A DNA stretch of 64,000 nucleotides from Methylocystis sp. (lineage in GTDB: Bacteria > Pseudomonadota > Alphaproteobacteria > Rhizobiales > Beijerinckiaceae): contig DATBRI010000085.1 in NCBI GenBank assembly GCA_036560365.1, positions 5,300-69,299 on the forward strand. The letters are read 5' to 3'. Position numbers and translations under genes: made by a program. Below are positions 43,095 through 52,495 of the stretch, piece by piece (position 1 is the first letter of the stretch; each line of letters starts with the position of its first letter). Below the pieces are notes generated by a model. It was not told the DNA's origin, made no database searches, and saw nothing but the letters and a program-made list of their open reading frames with translations.

Positions 43095-44495
43095 TCAGTG
43101 CGGCGGCATCCAGATCCAGAGTGGAGGCGGCCCAGGAAATCGGACATCTTTTGCGATCGTCGCGTCGTCGACATTGTCCGGTTTCAGATAGACATAATAA
43201 TTGTCGACGCGCTGAAATAACTCGTTCGTGGGTGTGCTCTCGGGACTGACAAGCATGTTGTTGCTGAAGCGCACATGCATGTAGTGCGGCAATAACTCGG
43301 TGAATTTCGCCAAACGGGCCTCAAAAACGAAGCGATAGAGCTGCCGGCCGGTTACTTTCAGCACCGCGGCGGTCGCGTCGTCGATGGGCGTCAGCGGCGC
43401 TTCCTGCCAGCCGGCTCCAACCTGAACGAAACCCTGCACGCTCGGCGACATGACGTAAATGGGTTGTTCGGGTTTTGTGTTCTCCAGATAAATCGTCACC
43501 TCGTAACGGCCCTCGCCCAATGACGAAATCGACGCGACGTCGCTACGCAAGGTGGACGTCGCAAGTTCTTCGAGGGCGGCGAGTCGCTGTCGACCGGCGT
43601 CGAGTTCATACTGTTGGTAGCGCGCCACGCCGTAATTTGCCGAGGACGCTAAGACGAATATCAGCGCCGCGGCGGCGAAGATGCGTCCCGCTGTCGCCCA
43701 CAGCGTCTTGCCAAGTCTTTCGAAATCGCGAGCGCCGTCCGCATCGGCGCCGACCGGCGCGGACGCCTTTGCCGCACTCGGCTCGGGGCGCCAGATCGGC
43801 GTGGCGACGAAGTCGCGCGGCGCGTCTCTCGGAAGGAGAATTCCTTGCCGCATCTCGAACATTCGGTCAGCGCGTTGAGCAAGCGCATGATTATGCGTGA
43901 CGAGCACCACTGCGAAATTTTCTTCTTGCCGCAAATTATCGAGCAGCTCGAAAATCTCTTCTTCCGTCTCTTCGTCGAGATCGCTTGTCGGTTCGTCTCC
44001 GAGAAGCAATCGCGGCTCATTGATCAAGGCCCGAGCGATGACGACGCGACGCTGCTCGCCGCCGGACATCTGTCCTGGAAAGGCTGCCATCCGGTCAGAG
44101 AGGCCGACGCGGGCGAGAAGGCCTTGCGCGCGGGCATAGGCGCCTTCCGGCGTCACCTCATCCCCCAGCAGAGCTGGCAAGGCGACGTTGTCGATGGCCC
44201 GAAGATTTGGAAGGAGGCTCGGGAATTGAAAGACGAAACCGATGCGCTCCCGCCGCACATCGGCAAGCTGCGCCTCTGAAAGATCCCAGATCTCTTCCCC
44301 CGAGAGTTGAACCCTACCCTCAGTCGGCGGCGTCAGCCCGCCGACCATGGCGAGCAGCGTCGATTTGCCGGAGCCGGATCGTCCGACGATTGAAACGAAC
44401 TCGCCTGCGCCAAGGACGAAATCGGCGCCGATCACCGCATCCACGCCAGGATCGCCGCCGTAACGCTTGCGCAAACCCTGGGCGGAAAGGATCAT
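43095..44495 (-). CDS. ABC transporter ATP-binding protein fused to a C-terminal TM helix and extracytoplasmic domain
   Basis: Starts at 'MILSAQGLRKRYGG' (M42 of the ORF), overlapping the permease stop (ATGA). Walker A 'GRSGSGKST', signature 'MSGGEQRRV', Walker B 'LLLGDEPTSDLD'. Then comes a linker, the TM helix 'IFAAAALIFVLASSANYGV', and a domain of about 190 aa with no family recognised. Confidence 0.8.
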   Translation of the reverse strand: MILSAQGLRKRYGGDPGVDAVIGADFVLGAGEFVSIVGRSGSGKSTLLAMVGGLTPPTEGRVQLSGEEIWDLSEAQLADVRRERIGFVFQFPSLLPNLRAIDNVALPALLGDEVTPEGAYARAQGLLARVGLSDRMAAFPGQMSGGEQRRVVIARALINEPRLLLGDEPTSDLDEETEEEIFELLDNLRQEENFAVVLVTHNHALAQRADRMFEMRQGILLPRDAPRDFVATPIWRPEPSAAKASAPVGADADGARDFERLGKTLWATAGRIFAAAALIFVLASSANYGVARYQQYELDAGRQRLAALEELATSTLRSDVASISSLGEGRYEVTIYLENTKPEQPIYVMSPSVQGFVQVGAGWQEAPLTPIDDATAAVLKVTGRQLYRFVFEARLAKFTELLPHYMHVRFSNNMLVSPESTPTNELFQRVDNYYVYLKPDNVDDATIAKDVRFPGPPPLWIWMPPH

Positions 44496-45799
44496 CGTGC
44501 GCTTTCCATCTGGATCATCGCATAGGGTTCGAGACGCCGTGTCCGCCAAGCGGCGACAAAAGCGCCTCCGACGCCGATCGCGACGCCGCAGAGCGCGGCG
44601 ATGCCCGCGGCAATCCATATGATTCCAGCGGGCGGGGCGTTGAAGGGCACGTCGAGGGACGAGAAATAAAAGCCGAGCGAACGGGAAAAAACGAAGATCA
44701 GCGAGAAACCCGCGCCGATGCCTAACACGCCGCCAAAGCCTGTGATGAGCCCCGCCTCGATCAGGGTGATCGATATGATCTGCGCCGGCCTCGCGCCCAT
44801 GGCCCGCAGCACGCCGATTTCGCGATAGCGCTCTTGGACGATGGCGGAAAACAACAACGACACGAGAAAGAATATCGCGAGCATCAGCAATCCAGCGAAA
44901 ATCGCAACACCCCAGAATAGACTGCTCAGGGATTGGCGCGCCGCGGTGAAGATCGGATTGCCTGTGACGATTTTGATTGCCGGGATCTGTCCAATGGCGA
45001 AACGCGCTTGCTCAGCCGAGGCGCCGGGCGACAGTTGCAAGAGAAACGCAGAGACACGATCCGGCGCGATTGACGGAAGGCATTCGGCTCGTCCTGCGGC
45101 GTGATGATGATGCGTCGCGTCGACCCCTTCCGAAGGCGAAGACGCGGGCGGATGAACTGCGACGTTCGCAGGGCGCGCCCGGATCGCGGCCGCGACAAGT
45201 TCGTCGAGCGCGGAAAAGGTGATGAAATAGGATTCGTCAAAGGGGCCGACGCCCGTTCGACCCAATCGTCCCGTCACGATCAGCGACCGGCCACAAATCG
45301 TCACAGCTTCGCCGATCTTCAGCGCGACCCGCTCGCCAACGAGCAGCCCGCCCGTGGCGGCCACCGGTTTCTGCGCCGTGGGAAGCCAAGATTCGACGGT
45401 GAAATCCGTCGCCTGATCATAGGCGATCAGATTGATCGCGCGCCCCTCGACGTTTGCGCGGATGAGACGCTGCGCGGCGACCTTCGCCACGCCGGGAACG
45501 GCTCTCAGCCTCTCGCCCAGAGCAGCATCCAGATCGAGGTCCGTCGGCTGTATCGTGAGCAGCGTGCTAGTGATGTTCACCAAAGCGCCTTGCGGCACGA
45601 CAAGGAGATCGGCGCCCATGCGCGAAAAGGTCGTCAAGATTCCTTCCCGCAGCGACCAGCCGGCGACAAAGCCGGAGAAGACAACGCCGACGGCGATCAT
45701 CACCGCCATGCCGAGCAAGAGACTCCGCAACAGCCGACGTCCGACGTTCTGGGCGCCGAGCCGCACCAGCAGGAAGCGCGCGCGATGGCGTTTGGTCAT
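44492..45799 (-). CDS. FtsX/MacB-type ABC transporter permease
   Basis: Starts at 'MTKRHRARFLLVRLGAQNVGRR' (M34; the ORF extends to 45898). It has one TM helix, a periplasmic domain of about 230 aa, then three TM helices with 'ERYREIGVLRAMGARPAQI' (FtsX core). Confidence 0.8.
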   Translation of the reverse strand: MTKRHRARFLLVRLGAQNVGRRLLRSLLLGMAVMIAVGVVFSGFVAGWSLREGILTTFSRMGADLLVVPQGALVNITSTLLTIQPTDLDLDAALGERLRAVPGVAKVAAQRLIRANVEGRAINLIAYDQATDFTVESWLPTAQKPVAATGGLLVGERVALKIGEAVTICGRSLIVTGRLGRTGVGPFDESYFITFSALDELVAAAIRARPANVAVHPPASSPSEGVDATHHHHAAGRAECLPSIAPDRVSAFLLQLSPGASAEQARFAIGQIPAIKIVTGNPIFTAARQSLSSLFWGVAIFAGLLMLAIFFLVSLLFSAIVQERYREIGVLRAMGARPAQIISITLIEAGLITGFGGVLGIGAGFSLIFVFSRSLGFYFSSLDVPFNAPPAGIIWIAAGIAALCGVAIGVGGAFVAAWRTRRLEPYAMIQMESAR

Positions 45800-45936
45800 A
45801 GCGGAACCGTTACCTGCAGTTCGATGCGGCCTCGCTTGTGAGCGGCGCCGCTCGTTGACCAGCCGAGACAGCTTGAGACGCTCGTCCTCCCGAAACAAAG
45901 CGAGGTGAACGATCCCCTTGCGGGTTCGCCGATCCG

Positions 45937-47601
45937 TCAGACAGTGGTGCAGCGGCTGTGGATCAGTTCCTGATTGTTCCGCGGAACAATGACGCAGTCG
46001 TGGTGACCGCCGAAGTTCGGGATATAACCCACGGGCTCCAGCGTATCCTGAGTGAAGACGAATGTTCCTCCTTCGAGCCGCTGGAATCCGCTGAAGATCG
46101 CGAGCACATATTTGCCGTCATAGGTGACGTGCATCGTCTGCAGGTCGACGCCGACATTCTCGAAGCGCTTGATTGTCGCCCAGGTGTTGGTGTCGACGAC
46201 GACGATGGCGCTTTTCGCCGGCTTCTGATGCAGCTCGGAGACAAACATCTTTGAGCCGTCCATCGAATAGGTGATGTGGAACGGGCTTGGCGTCGAGCCG
46301 ACCCAGTGCGAGTCCTTGAACTCAGCGACTCGCTTCCAGTTGCGCGGATCGCGGTCCGAACAATCGAATATGCCCATGCTGTTTTGCCGGGTGTTGTTCG
46401 TCATGGCGAACCATTTGCCCTGCGGGCCAAAGCCGCATTCGTGTCCCGACGACACAACATTGTCGAGCTTGATGTCCCAAATGCCGTCGGCGATTTTTTT
46501 GACCGGAATGCTTTCCTTCGTCGTGCCGTCAGGCGAAGAGATGCACGCAACCGGCTCCATCGTCGTCCGGTCGATGACGACGCCCACAGCGAACATGCGA
46601 AGCGTCACCAGCGAGAGTGGATGGATCGGATGGTGGACGCAATTATCGGCGCCGGTCAGCGTCTTCACCGAATCCCCCGGAAGCTGTCCCGTATAGGCGA
46701 GATACTCGCCCATCGGCACCATCTCCCAGTCGAGCTTGTTTCCCTTGACGCCGCGATAATCGTAGAGCCCGGTGTCAGGCGCCTTTATGAGACGGGAAAC
46801 GCGAACGGTTCCGCCCTTGAACCAGTTGTCCTCGAGCACGCCGTCGGGTTCGTTTCCACGCCAATCGAAACGGAAGGCGTCGATCACCGTCGTCTTCTGG
46901 TTTCCGGTCGCGCGATTGAAGAAGGCGACCACATCCTTTTGTCCGTCCGCGACGGTGAAACCAGACGCATCCGGGAAGATCACGGTGTGCACGCCAAGTC
47001 CGATCCCCGTGGTCTCGGCGACATTCTCGAGCAAATTCATCTGCTGCCCGTCGAAACCGACGCGATAGATCTGATTGCCCTGGCCCCACAAAGGATCGAG
47101 CATTCCATGTTCCCGGATCTGCGTGGGAATGCCATAAATCAAGACGTTCTGCCCGCCCTGGGTCGAGTTTACGAACTCGAAGCCTTTGCGCGGGTCGGCC
47201 GAAGGAAAGGCCGCGAGATGATGGGCGATGGGGCAGCTGTCGCCGTAATTCCAATATTCGATCCAGGCCATTGTCTTGCCGGTCGCAAGATCCTGCACCT
47301 GAGCGCCTCCGCCGAGCTTCGTCGGAGTCAGCCAGACGTAATCGCCGAGCGTCGCAAGACGCGGCGCATTCGCCTCCGCCGCCGACGCTGAGTCTCCCAT
47401 CAGACGTGACAACAGCCCTGTCGCATTGGCGGATTTGCCGCCGAAAATGGTCCCGATGATTCCGGCGGTAGCGGCGCGTAGCACCTCTCTTCGTTCAACC
47501 CGGCCACGCTGATTGAGTGGCGGCGCAACCTGTGGCGCGGCGATCTCCGATATCACGCAATGTCCAACTTTTTCCGACGGGACGTTTTGATCGGTAAACA
47601 T
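45937..47601 (-). CDS. TAT-exported histidine-rich beta-propeller protein, NosZ-N-domain / thiocyanate dehydrogenase-like (putative multicopper centre)
   Basis: The ATG at 47601 is preceded by GGGAGAG (the ORF extends to 47658). Twin-arginine leader 'VERREVLRAATAGIIGTIFGG'. His motifs recur about every 45-55 aa: 'IAHHLAAFP', 'GVHTVIFPD', 'VHHPIHP', 'SGHECGFGP', 'FHITYSMDG', 'MHVTYDGK', 'GGHHDCVIVP'. There is no CuA/cupredoxin tail and no CxxCH. Confidence 0.55.
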   Translation of the reverse strand: MFTDQNVPSEKVGHCVISEIAAPQVAPPLNQRGRVERREVLRAATAGIIGTIFGGKSANATGLLSRLMGDSASAAEANAPRLATLGDYVWLTPTKLGGGAQVQDLATGKTMAWIEYWNYGDSCPIAHHLAAFPSADPRKGFEFVNSTQGGQNVLIYGIPTQIREHGMLDPLWGQGNQIYRVGFDGQQMNLLENVAETTGIGLGVHTVIFPDASGFTVADGQKDVVAFFNRATGNQKTTVIDAFRFDWRGNEPDGVLEDNWFKGGTVRVSRLIKAPDTGLYDYRGVKGNKLDWEMVPMGEYLAYTGQLPGDSVKTLTGADNCVHHPIHPLSLVTLRMFAVGVVIDRTTMEPVACISSPDGTTKESIPVKKIADGIWDIKLDNVVSSGHECGFGPQGKWFAMTNNTRQNSMGIFDCSDRDPRNWKRVAEFKDSHWVGSTPSPFHITYSMDGSKMFVSELHQKPAKSAIVVVDTNTWATIKRFENVGVDLQTMHVTYDGKYVLAIFSGFQRLEGGTFVFTQDTLEPVGYIPNFGGHHDCVIVPRNNQELIHSRCTTV

Positions 47602-47936
47602 CGGTCTCTCCCTAAGTGCGCGGCAAGCTCGATCCGATCCATTGGATCGAGAAGTCATAAAGGTCTGCGGTATAGTTCTTCGCCCGGCAAGCGCTTTTGT
47701 GATTTTTTAGCCTCGCGCGAAGAAAGATATGTAAGCGACGATGTGGACCCGAAACCCTTTGTCACGACTCGCAAGATATTATGTATGCGCATAAGTCGCT
47801 TGAGCGAGGCGTTTGCGCGCCGCTGCGACCTCGATCTCGGACGCTGAGCTAACGCGTATTAAGCCCTGCAGGTCAATCGACGCGCGCGCGTGAAGTCGTG
47901 AAAGCTCCATCACCGCATGACTGACCCGACCGCGAG

Positions 47937-49100
47937 CTACGTCCCGGAACCATAATCCGACCTTTCGCCGGCGACCCAAGCGTTGGAGACCGAAATATCT
48001 GTCGGGTCGAACGCCACCATGTCGGCGCGATAGCCCGGCGCGAGGCGGCCGAGCGAAGCTCCAAGACCCAGAAACTCGGCAGGGTGGCGGGAGGCGCAGC
48101 GCAGCGCACGCTCCAGAGGCAGTCCTAAAAGCCGCACGTAGTTGCGAACCGCGCTCGCCATCTCGATCGACGATCCTGCAAGCGCGCCCTCCGGCGTGCG
48201 GCAACTGCCGTCGCGGACCATGATCCCCCTTCCAAGGAGATCGAACGCTGCTTTTGTCCCGCCGACCGGCGGCATGGCGTCGCTCACCAGCATGGGACGC
48301 CCGACGCCGCGCATCGCCAATCCCAGCATGGCCGGGGCGACGTGCTCTCCATCGACGATCATCCCGTAATAGGCGTGCGGCGATTCGAGCGCGGCCGCGA
48401 CAGGTCCGGGCTCGCGGGCGGAAAGCGGGCGCATGGCGTTGAACAAATGCGTGAAGCCCGTCAGGCCTTGCGCCATTGCGGCGCGGGTTTCCTCATAAGT
48501 CGCCGTCGAATGACCGAGCGAGACCTTCGCGCCCGCAGCGACAAGTTCGGCGATGAAGCCATCGGGCATTTCCTCTGGCGCGAGCGTCACGAGCAGGACG
48601 CCCGCGCGAAATGCGCCGAGCATTTGGCGATGATGGAATTGTGGGCGCCGGATAAATTCTCGCCGATGAACGCCTGGCTTTTGCGGAGACAAAAACGGTC
48701 CCTCGAGATGAATTCCGAGAATGCCGGGCTCGCGCACCATGATTGCGCTTACGGCGCCAAGCGCGGCGGCCATCGCCTCGTCGCTGTCCGTGATGAGCGT
48801 CGGCAAAAACGACGTCACGCCGAACTTGCGATGCGCCTGCGCCATCTTCGTCAAAGCGGAGGGCGTCGGATCGGCGTTGAAAAGGACGTCGCCTCCGCCG
48901 TTGACCTGAATGTCGATAAAGCCCGGCGCGAGCCACGCGCCTTGAGGAACGTTGTGAATTTCAACCGAAGATGGGAGGTCCGAGCGCAACGTCAGCGCCG
49001 CGATTTGCGCGCCTTCAATGATGACCGCGGCATCATCGTGCCTTTTCTCGCCGTCGAAGACGACGTCGGCGGCCACTGCATATCGGGAGGGGCCGTTCAT
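47937..49100 (-). CDS. nagA: N-acetylglucosamine-6-phosphate deacetylase
   Basis: 387-aa ORF with 'LAPGFIDIQVNGGGD', 'GIHLEGPFLS', 'VSLGHS', 'THLFNAM' and 'LVSDAM', typical NagA metal and substrate motifs. Confidence 0.85.
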   Translation of the reverse strand: MNGPSRYAVAADVVFDGEKRHDDAAVIIEGAQIAALTLRSDLPSSVEIHNVPQGAWLAPGFIDIQVNGGGDVLFNADPTPSALTKMAQAHRKFGVTSFLPTLITDSDEAMAAALGAVSAIMVREPGILGIHLEGPFLSPQKPGVHRREFIRRPQFHHRQMLGAFRAGVLLVTLAPEEMPDGFIAELVAAGAKVSLGHSTATYEETRAAMAQGLTGFTHLFNAMRPLSAREPGPVAAALESPHAYYGMIVDGEHVAPAMLGLAMRGVGRPMLVSDAMPPVGGTKAAFDLLGRGIMVRDGSCRTPEGALAGSSIEMASAVRNYVRLLGLPLERALRCASRHPAEFLGLGASLGRLAPGYRADMVAFDPTDISVSNAWVAGERSDYGSGT

Positions 49101-50161
49101 CGCGTGCGCGTGATCTTGCGCAGGTGGCGCGGCTGGTCGGCGTTCTTTCCGCGCATCGCGGCCAAGCGGACGACCATGGCGTAAAAGCTCTGGATCAGAC
49201 AGATCGCGTCGGTTTCAGGATGGTGAGGGGGCAATGCGGGAAGCTGGTCCGCCGTTCCCTCCTTCGAGGAGGTGATGAAGACCGCCGCGCCTTTCGCCTT
49301 AAGATCCGCGGCGAGCTGCGTCATGCCCGCGGCGGCGGCGTCGGTCGGCGCAAACATGAGCACGGGATAGTCGGGCGCCACCAGAGCGACCGGGCCGTGG
49401 AGGAATTCGGCTGACGAAAAGCATTCCGCGTGGAGATCCGAGGTTTCCTTCAGTTTCAAGGCGGCTTCGCGCGCGATGGCGAGCGTCGGACCGCGTCCGA
49501 TCGTGACGAGGCTTTCCGCGCCTGCAATCCGATCCAGTACGCAGCTCCAGTCGAGGTCGCCGGCGGCGGCGAGACGATCCGGCAACGACTCCAACGCGCT
49601 CGCGAGCGCTCTGTCCTCGGCCCAAAGCGCGACCAGTCGGGCAAGCGCCGCCGCCGATGCGACAAAGGTCTTGGTCGCAGGGATGCTCAGTTCAGGGCCG
49701 GCCGCCATCGGCAACACGAATTCACAGGCCTGCGCGAGCCCGCTCGCCGGGTCGTTTGTGACGCAGGCGGTCACCGCGCCGCAGGAGCGCGCCGCAACAG
49801 CCTGTTCGATGATATCGCTGCTTTCGCCCGACTGTGAAATCGCCAGAAAGAACTGATCAGCCAGTCGCAGAGGCTGATGATAGATTGTCGTAATGCTGGG
49901 CGCGGCGGCGGCGGCGACAATCCCAAGGTATCGCTCGATCAGATGCTTGCCGAAGGTCGCCGCATGCGCCGAACTGCCACGCGCGCAGGTGACGACCACT
50001 TGAGGCGGCTTGCGCCGTAACCGATCCGCGAGAACAGGAAGAACCTTTGCGAGCGCCTCATCCTGTCGTCGCACGGCCGCGGGGGCCTCTCGCATGTCGG
50101 AAGTCATCTGCGCGTCGAGGACGGTCATTATTTTTCCGCTTCCGGTCGAACTCATCCGCAC
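49097..50161 (-). CDS. SIS-domain sugar-phosphate isomerase/deaminase (GlmS C-terminal-like, NagB-II type)
   Basis: 354-aa ORF overlapping nagA by 4 nt. It has two SIS modules ('VVTCARGSSAHAA', 'FFLAISQSGESSDI'). The start may be one of several nearby Met codons. Confidence 0.75.
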   Translation of the reverse strand: MRMSSTGSGKIMTVLDAQMTSDMREAPAAVRRQDEALAKVLPVLADRLRRKPPQVVVTCARGSSAHAATFGKHLIERYLGIVAAAAAPSITTIYHQPLRLADQFFLAISQSGESSDIIEQAVAARSCGAVTACVTNDPASGLAQACEFVLPMAAGPELSIPATKTFVASAAALARLVALWAEDRALASALESLPDRLAAAGDLDWSCVLDRIAGAESLVTIGRGPTLAIAREAALKLKETSDLHAECFSSAEFLHGPVALVAPDYPVLMFAPTDAAAAGMTQLAADLKAKGAAVFITSSKEGTADQLPALPPHHPETDAICLIQSFYAMVVRLAAMRGKNADQPRHLRKITRTR

Positions 50162-50306
50162 AGAAGATTGAGCCGACCGGCCAGGAAGGCAAGTTCCGGC
50201 GCGGCATGCGCCTTGCGGCTACCGTCACGAAGCCGGCTCATAGGAAGCTTCGCTTGAACTCTTCCCGCCACTGGCCATATGCGGCCTATCAGCTGGAATT
50301 TCGCCG

Positions 50307-51260
50307 ATGTGCCCCACGGAGACTGAACGCCAAAGTCCGCGCTACGCCAAGATCGACGTCTGGGAGCCGGCCGAGATCCTGGACTCCATGATCGAAGGGC
50401 AATTTTCCGCCGTCGCCGCCGTTCGGGCCGCGCGCCCTGCTATCGAGCGGGCGGCGCTCGCGATTGAGCGCCGGCTGCGTGGGCCTGGACGGCTCGTTTA
50501 CGTCGGCGCCGGCACGTCGGGACGTTTGGCGGCTCAAGACGGGGCGGAGCTCATGCCGACCTTCGGCTGGCCGCAAGATCGGCTTCTGCTGCTCATGGCG
50601 GGCGGACAAAACGCGCTCTTATGCGCTGTTGAAGGCGCTGAAGACCAGGACCAGCAGGCGATCGAACTCGTTCGACGGCATGAGATCGGCGCTTCCGATG
50701 TGACTCTTGCGGTGGCCGCAAGCGGCACGACGCCTTTCACGCTCGCCTGTTTGCGCGAGGCGAAAAAAAGAGGCTCTTTGACAGTCGGCGTCGCCAATAA
50801 TCGCGTGACGCCGCTTCTCCAGGACGCCGATCATTCGATTTTTCTCGAAACGGGCGCGGAACCGATCGCCGGCTCGACGCGTATGAAGGCGGGAACCGCC
50901 CAGCGAATTACGCTTATTCTGCTGTCGTCTCTCGTCATGATCCTGCTCGGGCGCGTCTACGACGGTCTCATGGTGGACGTGCAGGCGTCGAACAAGAAAC
51001 TGGTCCGAAGGAGCGAAAAAATCCTGTCGCGGCTGACCGGTCGCGGCGACGAGGAGATCCATGAGGCCTTACAGCGGGCCGGCGGAAGCGTGAAGCTCGC
51101 CTTTCTGCTGCTGCAGGGTTACGGGCTCGCCGAGGCGGCGGCGGCGCTGGATGAGGCGGAAGGCCATTTACGTCGCGCCATGAGCTTGATGGTCGAGCGG
51201 CCGAAGTCGGAACTTAGAGAGACCCAGCCATATCTCCGAGAGGATGCGAGGCACGAGTAG
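50307..51260 (+). CDS. murQ: N-acetylmuramic acid 6-phosphate etherase
   Basis: 317-aa ORF with 'TETERQSPRYAKIDVW' and 'GRLVYVGAGTSGRLAAQDGAELMPTFGW', plus 'GSTRMKAGTAQ', typical of MurQ. Confidence 0.85.
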   Translation: MCPTETERQSPRYAKIDVWEPAEILDSMIEGQFSAVAAVRAARPAIERAALAIERRLRGPGRLVYVGAGTSGRLAAQDGAELMPTFGWPQDRLLLLMAGGQNALLCAVEGAEDQDQQAIELVRRHEIGASDVTLAVAASGTTPFTLACLREAKKRGSLTVGVANNRVTPLLQDADHSIFLETGAEPIAGSTRMKAGTAQRITLILLSSLVMILLGRVYDGLMVDVQASNKKLVRRSEKILSRLTGRGDEEIHEALQRAGGSVKLAFLLLQGYGLAEAAAALDEAEGHLRRAMSLMVERPKSELRETQPYLREDARHE

Positions 51261-51332
51261 TGCTACGCCCAGTTCGTGTGCTAGCCCCACTTTGGCGACT
51301 GCGATTTAGCCTCCTCGTTGGCGCTCCGCGCT

Positions 51333-52328
51333 TCACCCAGATTTCAGCATTCTAATCCGTTTGATGGACGCCTCGGCGTGAGCCCGCATGGACGCATCCT
51401 GCGCGCAGGCCGAGAGCAGCCGACGCGCAAACGCGGTCGCCTGCTGTTGCTCGTCTTTCATGTTGTTGCCGATGAGAATCAAATCCGCGCCGGCGCGAAC
51501 CGCCTTCACGCAGGCATCGCCCGTCGACATCAGCTTTTGCACGCCCTGCATTTGCAAGTCGTCGGTCAGGATGCAGGCGTCCGGCGCCCAGGCGCGCATT
51601 TTATTCACGGCGACGGTCGAGAGGCAGACCGGCGTGTCCTTCTCCCATTGGTTGACGATGCCGTGGCTGAACAGCGCCATCGGCACGCGTGAAATCAGAT
51701 CCCTGAACACGTTCACCTGAGTGTCGGTCAGGCAGTCGGAAAGATCCATCACATGGTCGTGGGGGTTGACCTTTGCGCCGCCGGTTCCGGGAAAGTGCTT
51801 CAAACAAAGTTTCAAATTCACCGAACCGGCGACGTCCGCCAGCGCCTCTACGCATGCTTTTACAACTTCCGGATCGCTGGAATAGCTGCGCTGGACCGAC
51901 CCCACATCCGGGCTGTCCGGGTTGATGTCGAGATCGACGACCGGCGACAGGTTCACATCGATGCCGAGCTGTCGCATCTGCGCGTAGGACGGGCGTAAAA
52001 CGTCGCGCCGCTCCGAGTCTGTCAATCGCCCGAACTGGCGGGCGCTAGGTAGCGGGACGAAGCCCCGCTCTTCCTTCAACCGGCGGACCTTGCCGCCTTC
52101 CTGATCGATAAAGATGAGGGGACGCGAGGGGAGAGCGTGAAGACTCTCGCAAAGCTCCTCGAGCTGAGCCGGAGAAAAGACGTTCCGCTCGTATCTCTGA
52201 TCAGTACAGTCGTAGTCGAAAAGGATGACTCCGCCGAGGCCGAAGTTACGGGCGAAATCCTGCAACCAAGCCGGTATGAGCGGGTCGCGGAAGCCCAAGA
52301 TGAAGAGTTCGCCGATCGGGAGATCCAT
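51333..52328 (-). CDS. nagZ: beta-N-acetylhexosaminidase (GH3, NagZ-like)
   Basis: 331-aa ORF with 'IDQEGGKVRRL', 'NLSPVVDL', 'KHFPGTGG' and 'FSHGIV', GH3 N-terminal-domain motifs. Confidence 0.8.
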   Translation of the reverse strand: MDLPIGELFILGFRDPLIPAWLQDFARNFGLGGVILFDYDCTDQRYERNVFSPAQLEELCESLHALPSRPLIFIDQEGGKVRRLKEERGFVPLPSARQFGRLTDSERRDVLRPSYAQMRQLGIDVNLSPVVDLDINPDSPDVGSVQRSYSSDPEVVKACVEALADVAGSVNLKLCLKHFPGTGGAKVNPHDHVMDLSDCLTDTQVNVFRDLISRVPMALFSHGIVNQWEKDTPVCLSTVAVNKMRAWAPDACILTDDLQMQGVQKLMSTGDACVKAVRAGADLILIGNNMKDEQQQATAFARRLLSACAQDASMRAHAEASIKRIRMLKSG

Positions 52329-52495
52329 GAGCGTAAAATAGTAATGGTCGGAGGACTGTCAAAGCAGTCGCTCGACTTGGATCCACGTCAAGGTTGCGCC
52401 GATCGCCGGCTCACGCGGCGGGATGGATCGTTGTCGCTAAATCGTTAAGCAGCAGTCTAGCGATAGCGGCGCGGCGTGAAGAACATCACAACAAT

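Noticed and set aside
46276-47391. 371-aa ORF on the plus strand
   Set aside because: It is antisense to the TAT-exported propeller gene. No motifs; shadow ORF.
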